NCBI GenBank assembly: GCA_041666525.1
Contig: JBAYGT010000001.1
Span: 196,157-260,156, forward strand
DNA length: 64,000 nt
Direction of reading: 5' to 3'
Origin: Negativicutes bacterium
GTDB taxonomy: Bacteria > Bacillota > Negativicutes > JBAXTZ01
The position numbers were made by a program, and so were the translations under genes. Below, piece by piece: positions 50,906 through 60,424 of this stretch (the stretch's first letter is position 1; every line of letters starts with the position of its first letter). The notes under the pieces were generated by a model. It searched no databases and had not been told where the DNA came from. It saw only the letters and a list, made by a program, of their open reading frames with translations.

Positions 50906-51724
50906 TCAATACTGATAGGTAAGGCCTAACATCAAACCGGTCATATAAAAATTGTCAGCTTGCGGACCGTTGCTGTTATTAAAAATATCCTTGGTTGCTA
51001 TCTGACCGCCGAAAATAATATCGTCATAAATATTATAGGAGTAGCCAAACTCACCATAAAAGGCGTTGTTAAACGAATAAGTCGCGCGAATTGAATTATA
51101 AAAGCGCGGAAAAACCTGGTAACACATCTCATAGCCAACCACCACGCTGTTGCGGTTGCTGTTAGCTGGAGTTAGCATCTGCATCGGACTACTACCCGTC
51201 CCAACAATGTTTCCGGATTGCGAAGCAGAAATGTTGTCCCATCCGACTACCAGTGCAAACAGGTCACGGGTAGCTGGTTTTTCTTCGTGCGCCGACGGCT
51301 TGCCGCTAAATACACTACTGATATCATCTGCCAAATCATTCCATAACCGTGGTCCAACCCGATACAGCAGTGATACTTCTTGATTGGTAAGGTTGTTGTT
51401 TACCGTGCCTGTATACCAAGATGGTGGTTTAAGTGTGCTATTCACACCCCAGTTGCGATACTGAATCGCAAAATTGTGTCCGATACCAGCCGTTGCCACA
51501 TACTCCATTGTTCCGCCCGAAGTAGTTGCAAAATCGGTTAACTGGTTACCATTTGTGTCTTGAACCGTGAAGCCGCTGCGTTCCGAACCGTAAATATAGT
51601 TTAAATTCACTGCAAAATGTCCCAACCGGTAGTCCGTAAGCGGATCACCGGCAAACACTGTAGTTGTTGAAATTACGATTAAGACGGTAATGAATAACAG
51701 CCAAAATCTTTTTTTCATGTTCAT
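50906..51724 (-). CDS. outer-membrane beta-barrel protein, paralog A
   Basis: Signal peptide; amphipathic alternating pattern; C-terminal ...GLMLGLTYQY ending in aromatic residues. Paralogous to the next gene (DPLTDYRLGHFAVNLNY vs DTLSDFRLGHFSLNLGY). Confidence 0.6.
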   Translation of the reverse strand: MNMKKRFWLLFITVLIVISTTTVFAGDPLTDYRLGHFAVNLNYIYGSERSGFTVQDTNGNQLTDFATTSGGTMEYVATAGIGHNFAIQYRNWGVNSTLKPPSWYTGTVNNNLTNQEVSLLYRVGPRLWNDLADDISSVFSGKPSAHEEKPATRDLFALVVGWDNISASQSGNIVGTGSSPMQMLTPANSNRNSVVVGYEMCYQVFPRFYNSIRATYSFNNAFYGEFGYSYNIYDDIIFGGQIATKDIFNNSNGPQADNFYMTGLMLGLTYQY

Positions 51725-51730
51725 CTCCTC

Positions 51731-52510
51731 CTAATACCAGAAGCATATTCCGTAACGAAAACCGGTACGGAGAAGATAGTTGACATTTGACTCTGGCTCA
51801 CCGGTAAAAGTAACTGCTGTTTTATAGGACAAGTTAACCGTTGTATTATCAACGACAGCATAAGAAAAACCAGCTTCGGCAACAAACAGTCCCGGCCCGG
51901 AAATTACGCCAAAAATGCTTGCCTTACCGAAAGTGTTGATTTTGTTGTTTATCGGCCAGGCGTTTATGACGCCAGTCTCCCAGCCACTGTCGTATTGAAT
52001 AGTTCGTTTCATCCCCGGAGGATATACTGTATTATCATTAAACTGTGAATAGCCGAGGAATACCGAGTAGTTGTTACCATTTTCCGGCTCAGCTGTCCAA
52101 TACGGTGTCTGGCCGTTTACCAGCGCCCAGGCATTTAACAGAGTATTGCCCAAACCATTACCAGTCTTGAACAACAACATAACATCCTGAGTATTCATGC
52201 TACCAGTTACCGTTGTTCCCCCCGGAGCGCTGTAATTGTTAGACAGTCCGGTATAGCCGTAACGAACGGCGAAACCATGGCTCAAACCGAGCGAAAAATC
52301 ACCGTCAAAATTGCCACCGTCTGAGCGGAGATAGCCATTTTGTCCGTTGGACTTTACCGCCAAATCAGTGGTACCCGCCCAATAACCAAGATTTAAACTG
52401 AAATGCCCCAAGCGAAAGTCGCTCAGGGTATCGGCATAAGCCGGATTAACAATTGCGCCAAAAGTCAATATTACTATTGCTAAAATAATAATCTGTCTTC
52501 TCAAAATCAA
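51731..52510 (-). CDS. outer-membrane beta-barrel protein, paralog B
   Basis: Signal peptide ending AYA; C-terminal ...RYGICFWY; paralog of the downstream gene. Confidence 0.6.
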   Translation of the reverse strand: MILRRQIIILAIVILTFGAIVNPAYADTLSDFRLGHFSLNLGYWAGTTDLAVKSNGQNGYLRSDGGNFDGDFSLGLSHGFAVRYGYTGLSNNYSAPGGTTVTGSMNTQDVMLLFKTGNGLGNTLLNAWALVNGQTPYWTAEPENGNNYSVFLGYSQFNDNTVYPPGMKRTIQYDSGWETGVINAWPINNKINTFGKASIFGVISGPGLFVAEAGFSYAVVDNTTVNLSYKTAVTFTGEPESNVNYLLRTGFRYGICFWY

Positions 52511-52578
52511 ATCCTCACTACTTAATTATGATATCCGCCAGATGTATAGTCACAATTTACTTTAATGCAATTAGCATT

Positions 52579-52628
52579 ATACAACAAAAGAAATCCGATG
52601 TATATACAACAAAAGAAATCCCATGTAT
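52579..52628. repeat. tandem 25-bp direct repeat (2 copies, 1 mismatch) with inverted termini, operator-like
   Basis: atacaacaaaagaaatccgatgtat / atacaacaaaagaaatcccatgtat, each flanked by ATACA...TGTAT; lies in the divergent intergenic region. Confidence 0.7.
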
Positions 52629-52671
52629 AATAATTACATCATCCAAAAACTTATAGATAGGATATGTGAAT

Positions 52672-53439
52672 ATGAAACGATTGTCAATTATTCTGATAAC
52701 TGCAATTTTTTTACAGCTTTGCTCAACTATGGCGTTTGCCGCTTTAGCCGCGCAGGGAGTTAATTCCGGGACAGTCCTTTATTTGCTCAATAATCAGCCC
52801 AAACAAACAATCAGCTATTCAGTTACCGGTTGCCTGTACACCAGCACCGGCGTTCCTGAATATTATGATATTGACGGCCAAATTGGAACCGGCAAATGTA
52901 TCGGTCTGCTCAGCAAAAATGCCAACATCGTCGGCGATTACAAAGGCAGTGACGGCACTATCAAAAAATCGCTCTTAACCATCCATTTCTATACCGCTGC
53001 TGACGGCTACCGCGTTAAACTCGAAGGGGTAAACAGCCGCAAAGAAAAGAGTTTCGGCACACTGCTAAATGCCGTTGAACAAGACTACCTCTATCCCTAC
53101 GATAATACCTGGGTCTGGAATACCAATAACGACCGCCGCGACATCAGTTTTGGACCAATGCAGATGACCCGTTCCAAGCGTGTTTCTTCACTCACTCCAC
53201 AAATATCTCTCGATAATGTATTACCGGTTAGCGGTAACAAACTATTGGCCAACCGCACGCCAATCAGCATGATCTATTTTCCGATCAGCGCCGAAATCAT
53301 CGGTTCGATAACCTGTTATTACTATAAACCGGACGGAACGGTGACAATTGTTGACGGACCGCAGTTTTTTGAAAACATCTGCAATACTAACAATGCATTT
53401 ATCACCAACACCGAACAACCGATGACAATAAATAAATAA
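52672..53439 (+). CDS. secreted hypothetical protein
   Basis: Signal peptide MKRLSIILITAIFLQLCSTMAFA; no recognisable domain; the GTG at 52666 is an alternative start. Confidence 0.5.
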   Translation: MKRLSIILITAIFLQLCSTMAFAALAAQGVNSGTVLYLLNNQPKQTISYSVTGCLYTSTGVPEYYDIDGQIGTGKCIGLLSKNANIVGDYKGSDGTIKKSLLTIHFYTAADGYRVKLEGVNSRKEKSFGTLLNAVEQDYLYPYDNTWVWNTNNDRRDISFGPMQMTRSKRVSSLTPQISLDNVLPVSGNKLLANRTPISMIYFPISAEIIGSITCYYYKPDGTVTIVDGPQFFENICNTNNAFITNTEQPMTINK

Positions 53440-53440
53440 A

Positions 53441-53485
53441 CAGCACAGAAAAAGCGCCACAAGGCGCTTTTTCTGTGCTGTTTTA
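53441..53485. terminator. bidirectional terminator
   Basis: cagcacagaaaaagcgcc-acaa-ggcgctttttctgtgctg plus T-run. Confidence 0.8.
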
Positions 53486-54340
53486 TGCTACTTTACTAAA
53501 TCCGTGTCCATGCACTTCTGATGCGTCCTGAGTGATTACAAAAGCGTTATCGTCAATATCATTAACAATTCCAATCGTTTTCACCAATTGCAGCGGACTG
53601 ACAACCACTAACAGAATTTGTTTGGCATCGCCCGAGTAGGCGCCTTTGCCGTCAATAAAGGTCGCACCGCGGTCAACTTCGGCCATTATTGTACGGGCAA
53701 TTTCTTCAGTATGGTTGGATATTATCGTAACCGTTTTCTTGCGGCTGAATCCGTCTAACACATAATTGGTTGTAAATGAACTTACAAACATCGGAATCAG
53801 CGAGTACATCGCCGGTTTGACACCAAGAAAGTATCCTGACACCCCGATAATAATGACATTGACCGCAAATGTCGCCGTGCCGACATTGATACCTAAATAT
53901 TTCTTAAAAATCAAGCTGACGATGTCCAACCCGCCGCAATGGCCACCGATTCTAAATACAATTCCGCCACCTAATCCATACAGCACGCCGCCGAAAATTG
54001 ATGCGATAATTATGTCGCGGTTATCAAAAATCATCAACCCTTTCATCCAGACCGTCCAGTCCAGCGCCAATGAGAAGGTCGCCATGCCGACCAAGCCAAT
54101 CCAGAAAAACTCGCGGCTTAAGTAAAAATAAGCCGCAATAAATAACGGAATATTGAACAGCAGGTACATCAAGCCAATCGGCGTATGAATAATATAATAC
54201 AGAATCATCGCGATGCCGCTTACGCCGCCACTTAACAATTCATTCGGCAACAAGAACATACTAAACCCGATTGCACTGATAATATTACCGAGTATTATCC
54301 AAAACGCCTGATATATACGTCTAATAATCTTTTTTTTCAT
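53483..54340 (-). CDS. YitT-family membrane protein (DUF161 + DUF2179)
   Basis: about 285 aa; YitT-like TM core and C-terminal DUF2179-like domain. Confidence 0.7.
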   Translation of the reverse strand: MKKKIIRRIYQAFWIILGNIISAIGFSMFLLPNELLSGGVSGIAMILYYIIHTPIGLMYLLFNIPLFIAAYFYLSREFFWIGLVGMATFSLALDWTVWMKGLMIFDNRDIIIASIFGGVLYGLGGGIVFRIGGHCGGLDIVSLIFKKYLGINVGTATFAVNVIIIGVSGYFLGVKPAMYSLIPMFVSSFTTNYVLDGFSRKKTVTIISNHTEEIARTIMAEVDRGATFIDGKGAYSGDAKQILLVVVSPLQLVKTIGIVNDIDDNAFVITQDASEVHGHGFSKVA

Positions 54341-54390
54341 AGTCCCTCCGCCTGATATTATTACATAACCGGAACTGTTATTCAAGATTA

Positions 54391-55803
54391 CTAAAAGTAC
54401 AAATCCCGCACACCACTGTCGATTTTGCGCAATTCTTCCTCGACTTGGGCGCGCACCTCTGGTTTTCCGATTTCAGCCAGATGCCGGCTTATTGCCGCTT
54501 TGCCAATTATTCTTAGCTCATTATCAGCATAGTCGTTCAAATATTCTTCAAGCGTCAAAATCGCGTTCGGTTGACAGACGTTTTGAATTTCACCGGTTTT
54601 GGCAAGCTGCATAAACCGGTCGCCGGTGCGACCTTTGCGGTAACAAGCCGTGCAAAAGCTCGGCAGCCAGCCATCCGCTAACAGTTCTTTTAACACTTCG
54701 TTAGGTGTACGGTGATCTTCGACGGAAAATTGCTTGGTATCGCTGTCATCGGTACTGCTATAACCGCCAACCGCCGCACAGCTGCCGGCAGAAACTTGGG
54801 ACACACCGTACTGCAGCAGGTTATGCCGCATTGCCGAACTTTCGCGGGTGGATAGAATTATTCCGGTATACGGAACTGCCAAACGAATTATCGCCGTCAG
54901 TTTCATGAAATCCTCATCACTCACGGCATAAGGATATTCAGCCGTTTCCATCCCCAGTGCTTTTTTGATGCGCGGCACTGATATCGTGTGCGGGCCTACA
55001 CCAAATCGCCGTTCCATGTCCGCGGCGTGGAGAAACAGCCCCAACACTTCATAACGCCAATCATACAACCCAAACAACGCTCCAAAACCAACGTCATCAA
55101 TACCCGCTTGCATCGCCCGATGGTGCGCCGTGGTATGCCAGTCATAATCCGACTTCGGTCCGCCGCGATGATATTTGGCATAGCTGGCACGATGATACGT
55201 CTCCTGAAACAGGATATAGGTCCCGATTCCCGCCGCTTGTAATTTTTTGTAATCTTCAACGGTAGTCGCAGCAACATTGACATTACAACGGCGGATTGCG
55301 CCCTGATCCATTTTCACCGAATAAATAGTTTTTAGTGCCTCAATTACATAATCCACCGGACATTCGCCGGGATGCTCACCGGCTTCAACCGCCAACCGCT
55401 TATGTCCCATCGACTCAAGTACTTTTACTTCACTGACAATTTCCGCCATCGTCAGTTTGCGCCGGTTAAATTTATTGCGCACACAGTAACCGCAATAAGC
55501 ACAGTCATTAATACAGTGGTCGCTGATGTATAGTGGCGCAAATAACACCACCCGTTTGCCATAGATTTGTTTTTTGATTGCTCCGGCGGCGCTGAACATT
55601 TCTTTGGTTAATTCTTCGTTTTTGTTCTGAATCAGCGCAGCTACTTCCTCGATTGTCAGCCCTTTCGCCTGGCGCGCCTTTTGAATGATTGCACTTACCT
55701 GCTCATCCGATGCGCTTTCACCATTTTTTAACAGCTCAGCAATTTTTTCGTCACTGATAAATTCTACTGCTTCCCACTCAGGATTATTACTCCAATAGCT
55801 CAT
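54391..55803 (-). CDS. hydG: [FeFe]-hydrogenase maturase HydG (radical SAM tyrosine lyase)
   Basis: 470 aa; CINDCAYCGY radical SAM motif; C-terminal CTAC-X22-C (CX2CX22C) auxiliary cluster motif that separates HydG from ThiH. Confidence 0.85.
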   Translation of the reverse strand: MSYWSNNPEWEAVEFISDEKIAELLKNGESASDEQVSAIIQKARQAKGLTIEEVAALIQNKNEELTKEMFSAAGAIKKQIYGKRVVLFAPLYISDHCINDCAYCGYCVRNKFNRRKLTMAEIVSEVKVLESMGHKRLAVEAGEHPGECPVDYVIEALKTIYSVKMDQGAIRRCNVNVAATTVEDYKKLQAAGIGTYILFQETYHRASYAKYHRGGPKSDYDWHTTAHHRAMQAGIDDVGFGALFGLYDWRYEVLGLFLHAADMERRFGVGPHTISVPRIKKALGMETAEYPYAVSDEDFMKLTAIIRLAVPYTGIILSTRESSAMRHNLLQYGVSQVSAGSCAAVGGYSSTDDSDTKQFSVEDHRTPNEVLKELLADGWLPSFCTACYRKGRTGDRFMQLAKTGEIQNVCQPNAILTLEEYLNDYADNELRIIGKAAISRHLAEIGKPEVRAQVEEELRKIDSGVRDLYF

Positions 55804-55841
55804 ACTTCCCCCTTACGTTAATGAATAACTTGATTTAGTTT

Positions 55842-56861
55842 CTATTTCTCAAAAAGCGCCGGAACGCGGCCGGCATCCGCGATTATTTTCATCATCATTT
55901 CATGCGAACTTTCGGCGTCGTCACTGGTACCGGCCTTATTCGGATAAATTTCGTAGTTAGCTCGGTTGCTCTTCGGTGAAATGTTCGGCATAATGACGTT
56001 GGCCCCCCCCATCAACGCACGCACTCGCGCAGTTTTATCCAGCGTTCCCAACGCAGTGGTCGCCGGCAAATGCACAGTTGGCATCAGCAACCGTGAAACA
56101 GCCAACGCTTTGAGCGTCAACTCTACACTGCCGTTACTGTCAGCGCCAAGCGGTGTTGACGGATGAGCCACAAACGGCCCGATTCCCGCCATTTCCACCC
56201 CGGTTGCTTTGAGTAACAAAATATCTCTGGCAACATCGAAAATTGTCGTACCCGGCAACCCGATCATCATTCCAGAACCAATCCAAAATCCCAGCGATTT
56301 TAAATATTGCAAATTTTCCAACCGTTCTTTAAGCGTTGTATCAGGACGCAATTTGGCAAACAACTCCGCATTGGCTGTTTCGTGTTTCATAAGATAGCGG
56401 TCGGCGCCAGCGACTTTAAGCAGCTGGTATTCTTCTTTACGCAATATTCCCGCCGAAATTGTTATCGCAACATCAGCAAATTGTTTTATTGATCGCACGA
56501 TTGCCGCAATCCGTTCACCGTCAAAATAATTGTCTTCCCCAGCTTGCAGCACTATCGTTCCGTAACCTAGTTTGATACCGGTTTTTGCCGTATCAACTAT
56601 TTCCTGTGCACTGTAACGATAGCGGCTGATGTTCTTATTATCAGCACGCAGTCCGCAATACCAGCAATTATTTGCGCAGTAATTGGAGAATTCGATTATT
56701 CCGCGCAATTTCACCCGTTCGCCATGATATTTTTTTCGCACAGCATCCGCCGCCGCAAACAGCGCCCTTTTATCATCGCTTTCCACCATTAACAACCCGG
56801 CAATATCTTCTGCTGAACAAAACTGCTGTTTTACTTTTTCAATTAAATCTTTATTATTCAA
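55842..56861 (-). CDS. hydE: [FeFe]-hydrogenase maturase HydE (radical SAM)
   Basis: 339 aa; CANNCWYCG motif; BioB-like; sits between hydF and hydG. Confidence 0.8.
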   Translation of the reverse strand: MNNKDLIEKVKQQFCSAEDIAGLLMVESDDKRALFAAADAVRKKYHGERVKLRGIIEFSNYCANNCWYCGLRADNKNISRYRYSAQEIVDTAKTGIKLGYGTIVLQAGEDNYFDGERIAAIVRSIKQFADVAITISAGILRKEEYQLLKVAGADRYLMKHETANAELFAKLRPDTTLKERLENLQYLKSLGFWIGSGMMIGLPGTTIFDVARDILLLKATGVEMAGIGPFVAHPSTPLGADSNGSVELTLKALAVSRLLMPTVHLPATTALGTLDKTARVRALMGGANVIMPNISPKSNRANYEIYPNKAGTSDDAESSHEMMMKIIADAGRVPALFEK

Positions 56862-56879
56862 TCAAGCTCACCTCCACTT

Positions 56880-58094
56880 TCAGACGTCAATTATTTCCTG
56901 CAACTCCGGCCACGGCGACAGCGCCCGTTTTAATACGCCCTGCAGATAGCCGATGGCAATTCCGTAATTTACAATCGGAACTCCCGCTTCTTTGCACACC
57001 AGCATCCGCGACAACATATCGCGGCGATTACTCATACAGCCGCCACAGTGCAGTACCAATTTGTACTCACTCAGATTATCCGGAAATTCAGTACCAGCTA
57101 CGTGCTCGAACTGAACATCACCCTGCATATTTCTGATCCAGCGGGGAATTTTCACTGTACCGATATCATCTTCCACGCGATGATGGGTACAAGATTCGGC
57201 AATTAAAACCTTGTCACCGGACCGCAACCGGCCAAGAACGCTTGCCCCCTCGACAAAAGTCCGCAAATCACCTTTGAAACGTGCAAACAATATTGAAAAC
57301 GAAGTGAACAGCACCCCGGGCGGCGTATCTGCATCGGCTTTTAGAAACGCCTGCGAGTCAGTTATTACGATTCGCGGTTTCGCCTTTAATGATTGAATGC
57401 AGGCGCGTAATTCCCGTTCTTTAACGACATATGCCAGAGCATCACTATCGAGAATGTCCCGAATTATCTGCACCTGCGGCAAAATCAACCGTCCTTTAGG
57501 CGCTGCCAAATCAATCGGCGTCACCAGCACACAAACATCACCAGGATTAATCAAATCACCAACCAGTGTCTGCTGCTCCCACTTTGACGGCGCATGTTTT
57601 ATCAACAGCCTCTTTAAGGTGTTAATGCCGTTACCAGTCAATGAGCTTAAAAAAGCAACCGGTAAATCAGCATATTCGGCTGGAATAAGATTGTTTGCTA
57701 CTGCTCCGGTATCGATTTTATTCACAACAATTATTAGCGGTATCGTTAGTTTTTTGCACTGTTCAATAACAAGTTGTTCCGAACTGTCAAATTTGGAATC
57801 TACAGCTACAACCAAAATTGCAATTTCAGTTTTTCGTAATACTTCCAGTGATTTTTGCACCCGTAACCGTCCCAACTCGCCACTATCATCAATTCCCGCC
57901 GTGTCAATCAACATGACCGGACCAATTGGCAAGATTTCCATGGATTTATAAACCGGATCGGTAGTCGTTCCGGCAACGTCAGACACAATTGCCAGGTTTT
58001 GGCCGGTGAGCGCGTTTATCAGGCTGGATTTACCGGCATTGCGCTTGCCAAAAATCGCAATATGCAGCCGATTTCCTTTGGTTACATCAAACAT
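56880..58094 (-). CDS. hydF: [FeFe]-hydrogenase maturation GTPase HydF
   Basis: 404 aa; GKRNAGKSSLINALTG P-loop, DTAG, NKID; C-terminal CxH...HC cluster-binding region. Confidence 0.85.
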   Translation of the reverse strand: MFDVTKGNRLHIAIFGKRNAGKSSLINALTGQNLAIVSDVAGTTTDPVYKSMEILPIGPVMLIDTAGIDDSGELGRLRVQKSLEVLRKTEIAILVVAVDSKFDSSEQLVIEQCKKLTIPLIIVVNKIDTGAVANNLIPAEYADLPVAFLSSLTGNGINTLKRLLIKHAPSKWEQQTLVGDLINPGDVCVLVTPIDLAAPKGRLILPQVQIIRDILDSDALAYVVKERELRACIQSLKAKPRIVITDSQAFLKADADTPPGVLFTSFSILFARFKGDLRTFVEGASVLGRLRSGDKVLIAESCTHHRVEDDIGTVKIPRWIRNMQGDVQFEHVAGTEFPDNLSEYKLVLHCGGCMSNRRDMLSRMLVCKEAGVPIVNYGIAIGYLQGVLKRALSPWPELQEIIDV

Positions 58095-58159
58095 AATATC
58101 ACCTTCATTTTTGTCTGTTACTAACTCTGAACTCAGAGTTTTTTCTCAACTATTAAGCT

Positions 58160-59539
58160 CTAGCCCGGGCGGATAATTTTTTCGACACTAAAAACGGTTT
58201 CAAATTCGTCATCGCTGACGAATTTGCCGGCAATCAGCGCTTCGCGCGCTGAAATATTTTCTGCAAGCATCTTTTTGACCAGCTCTGCCGCGGCCGCGTA
58301 ACCGATTTGCGGTACTATCGCAGTTATCAACGCTGCTGTTTGCTCCAAATTATCCAAACAACGATCACCGTTAGCCTGAATGCCGCTGATACATCTGTCA
58401 GTAAACAACTTTATCGCATTATTCAATACATTAATACCATTCAAAAGATTGTCGGCTATTAACGGCAGGAACGCGTTCAATTCCAGCTGTCCGCCCTGCG
58501 CTGCATAGGTAATTGCCGTATCGGCCGCAATCATCTGCCAGGACGCCTGGGTTAATGCTTCAGTCATAACCGGATTGACTTTTCCCGGCATGATTGACGA
58601 TCCGGCCTGCATATCCGGCAAGCGCAACTCACCGATTCCGGCACGCGGGCCGCTGGCGAGCAGTCGGATGTCGGCGGCAATCTTCGCCATGTTAACTGCA
58701 CAGGTTTTCAGGATACCGGATACTTCAACAAATACATCGCAATTTTGGGTAGCGTCGATCAGATTTTCTTTTCGTGCCAATCCAATGCCGGTTATTCCAC
58801 GCAACTGCTCGATAACCGTAAATATATATTTGCGTTCGGCATTAATACCGGTACCAATTGCCGTACCGCCAAGATTGACTTCGCGCAATCGTTCTTCGGT
58901 TTTATACAACCGCCAGCGGTCACGCGCCACGGCCTCCGCCCATGCACCAAACTCAGACCCCAATGTCATCGGTACCGCATCTTGCAGCTGGGTACGCCCA
59001 ACTTTTAGCACTCCGGCAAATTCACGTTCTTTAGCTTGCAGCGCGCCTTGCAGTTTCGCACAATTTTCCGACAATTCGGTAATCAACCTTATCGCCGCTA
59101 TTCGAAGCGCGGTTGGAAAAGTATCATTGGTCGATTGCGACATATTAACATCGCGTAGCGGCGAAACAGCATCGTAAGCGCCGCGTGGTTTTCCCAACAA
59201 CTCCAATGCCCGGTTAGCGATAACCTCGTTAACATTCATGTTGAGCGAGGTTCCGGCGCCGCCCTGCAACGCGTCGACAATAATATGTTCGAACCACCTT
59301 CCTGCTGCCAGCTCTTGTGCAGCGCGCACGATCGCAGTCCCGATTTCCGTTGACAATCCCCCGCTATACATGTTAGCTTCGGCGCAGGCTGCTTTTACCT
59401 CGGCATAAGCACGGATTAACTCACGGTGCGGGATTCGGCCACTGATAGCAAAGTTTTCCCGCGCCCGTACGCTATGAATACCGTATAGCGCCGTATCTGG
59501 CAATTGCAGTTCTCCAATAAAATCACTTTCTATTCGCAT
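58160..59539 (-). CDS. aspartate ammonia-lyase/fumarase-family protein (hyd-operon-associated)
   Basis: 459 aa; GSSIMPGKVNPV signature; lies between the TM1266-like gene and hydF. Confidence 0.8.
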   Translation of the reverse strand: MRIESDFIGELQLPDTALYGIHSVRARENFAISGRIPHRELIRAYAEVKAACAEANMYSGGLSTEIGTAIVRAAQELAAGRWFEHIIVDALQGGAGTSLNMNVNEVIANRALELLGKPRGAYDAVSPLRDVNMSQSTNDTFPTALRIAAIRLITELSENCAKLQGALQAKEREFAGVLKVGRTQLQDAVPMTLGSEFGAWAEAVARDRWRLYKTEERLREVNLGGTAIGTGINAERKYIFTVIEQLRGITGIGLARKENLIDATQNCDVFVEVSGILKTCAVNMAKIAADIRLLASGPRAGIGELRLPDMQAGSSIMPGKVNPVMTEALTQASWQMIAADTAITYAAQGGQLELNAFLPLIADNLLNGINVLNNAIKLFTDRCISGIQANGDRCLDNLEQTAALITAIVPQIGYAAAAELVKKMLAENISAREALIAGKFVSDDEFETVFSVEKIIRPG

Positions 59540-59542
59540 CTT

Positions 59543-59794
59543 TCACCTGTTCGCCAGCGCCGTTTTAATCTGCACGCCCTTGATGTTGCCGATTTTGCCG
59601 GCCATACTGCCAATTTCGTCGCTTGTCCCTTCAACGATAAGCGATATCACGTTAATTTCATGTTGCTCGCGTTTTATATGCGGAACACCCATCCGGCCAA
59701 TAATCAACTCACCGTAACTGCCCAAAATATTATTCACTTCCTGCGCTTTTGACCGGTCTTCAATTATTATTCCTACAACACCGATACGTTTCAT
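59543..59794 (-). CDS. TM1266-like putative iron-only hydrogenase system regulator (small ACT/NikR-C-like)
   Basis: MKRIGVVGIIIEDRSKAQEVNNILGSYGELIIGRMGVPH...; 84 aa from the MKR start; first gene of the hyd maturation operon. Confidence 0.6.
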   Translation of the reverse strand: MKRIGVVGIIIEDRSKAQEVNNILGSYGELIIGRMGVPHIKREQHEINVISLIVEGTSDEIGSMAGKIGNIKGVQIKTALANR

Positions 59795-60029
59795 CCTACC
59801 TCCAAAATAAAAACCGCCCGTCCAACGCGAACGAGCGGATAACAATCCAAATCAACATGTCACACGACACATAAATACTCGTTCCCTACATCAGAGCTCA
59901 CTCCAAAGTTCAGGTATAGCATAAAGTTTTTACATCCGAAACATCAGGTAAAACCCTGATGCATCCGACAGCCAGATTATACTAGTTGTTTAGCTGTATA
60001 GCAATAAATAAAAAACGTTGTCAGTGCTG

Positions 60030-60224
60030 CTAACCAAATATGCTTTTAAAAAAATGATAAATATTATCAAATAAACCCTGTGCGGCATGTCCAATAAAAC
60101 GGCTTTCATGGTTATGCTTTGCTAAATAGCCAAGCACCGCCACAACCACAATGATTATCAAAACCCTGATAATAAATCCTTTACTAAAAACGCCCATATT
60201 GTCTCCTCGTTTATTAATCTTCAT
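60030..60224 (-). CDS. small membrane protein (hypothetical)
   Basis: 64-aa ORF with one TM helix; weak. Confidence 0.25.
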   Translation of the reverse strand: MKINKRGDNMGVFSKGFIIRVLIIIVVVAVLGYLAKHNHESRFIGHAAQGLFDNIYHFFKSIFG

Positions 60225-60255
60225 TTATTATATCATAAAATTGCAAAAAACATCC

Positions 60256-60284
60256 TTGCAAATAAATATTTCTCATGCTACAAT
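60256..60284 (+). promoter_or_regulatory. sigma-70 promoter for the riboswitch-UPF0016 transcript
   Basis: TTGCAA-17-TACAAT. Confidence 0.55.
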
Positions 60285-60291
60285 TTCGTCA

Positions 60292-60412
60292 ATCAAAGGG
60301 GAGTAGTTTCCCGGATACCGTCAACATACTGGCGCAAGCCTGGCGGCATCGTTGACGCAAGTCAATTAACGAGACCTTTGGCACTGTTTTGTGCCAAAGG
60401 TCTCGATTTTTT
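60292..60412 (+). ncRNA. yybP-ykoY (Mn2+) riboswitch with intrinsic terminator expression platform
   Basis: AAAGGGGAGUAG...UUGACGCAAGUCA...GAGACC core; the 3' GAGACCUUUGGCAC doubles as the left arm of terminator gagacctttggcac-tgttttg-tgccaaaggtctc plus T8 (60371..60412). Confidence 0.75.
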
Positions 60413-60424
60413 TTGGAGGCAAGT

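Noticed and set aside
52579-52628. Possible CRISPR array
   Set aside because: Only two directly abutting 25-bp units with no spacers, and no cas genes anywhere in the window.
58575-59177. 200-aa plus-strand ORF antisense to the aspartase-like gene
   Set aside because: Pro/Ser/Arg-rich shadow ORF inside a gene with the diagnostic GSSIMPGKVNP signature.
60389-60424. ATG at 60389 as start of the UPF0016 gene (ORF-track start)
   Set aside because: It lies inside the riboswitch terminator stem and would add the unconserved peptide MCQRSRFFLEAS. The TTG at 60425 has a GGAGG RBS and begins at the conserved hydrophobic N-terminus.
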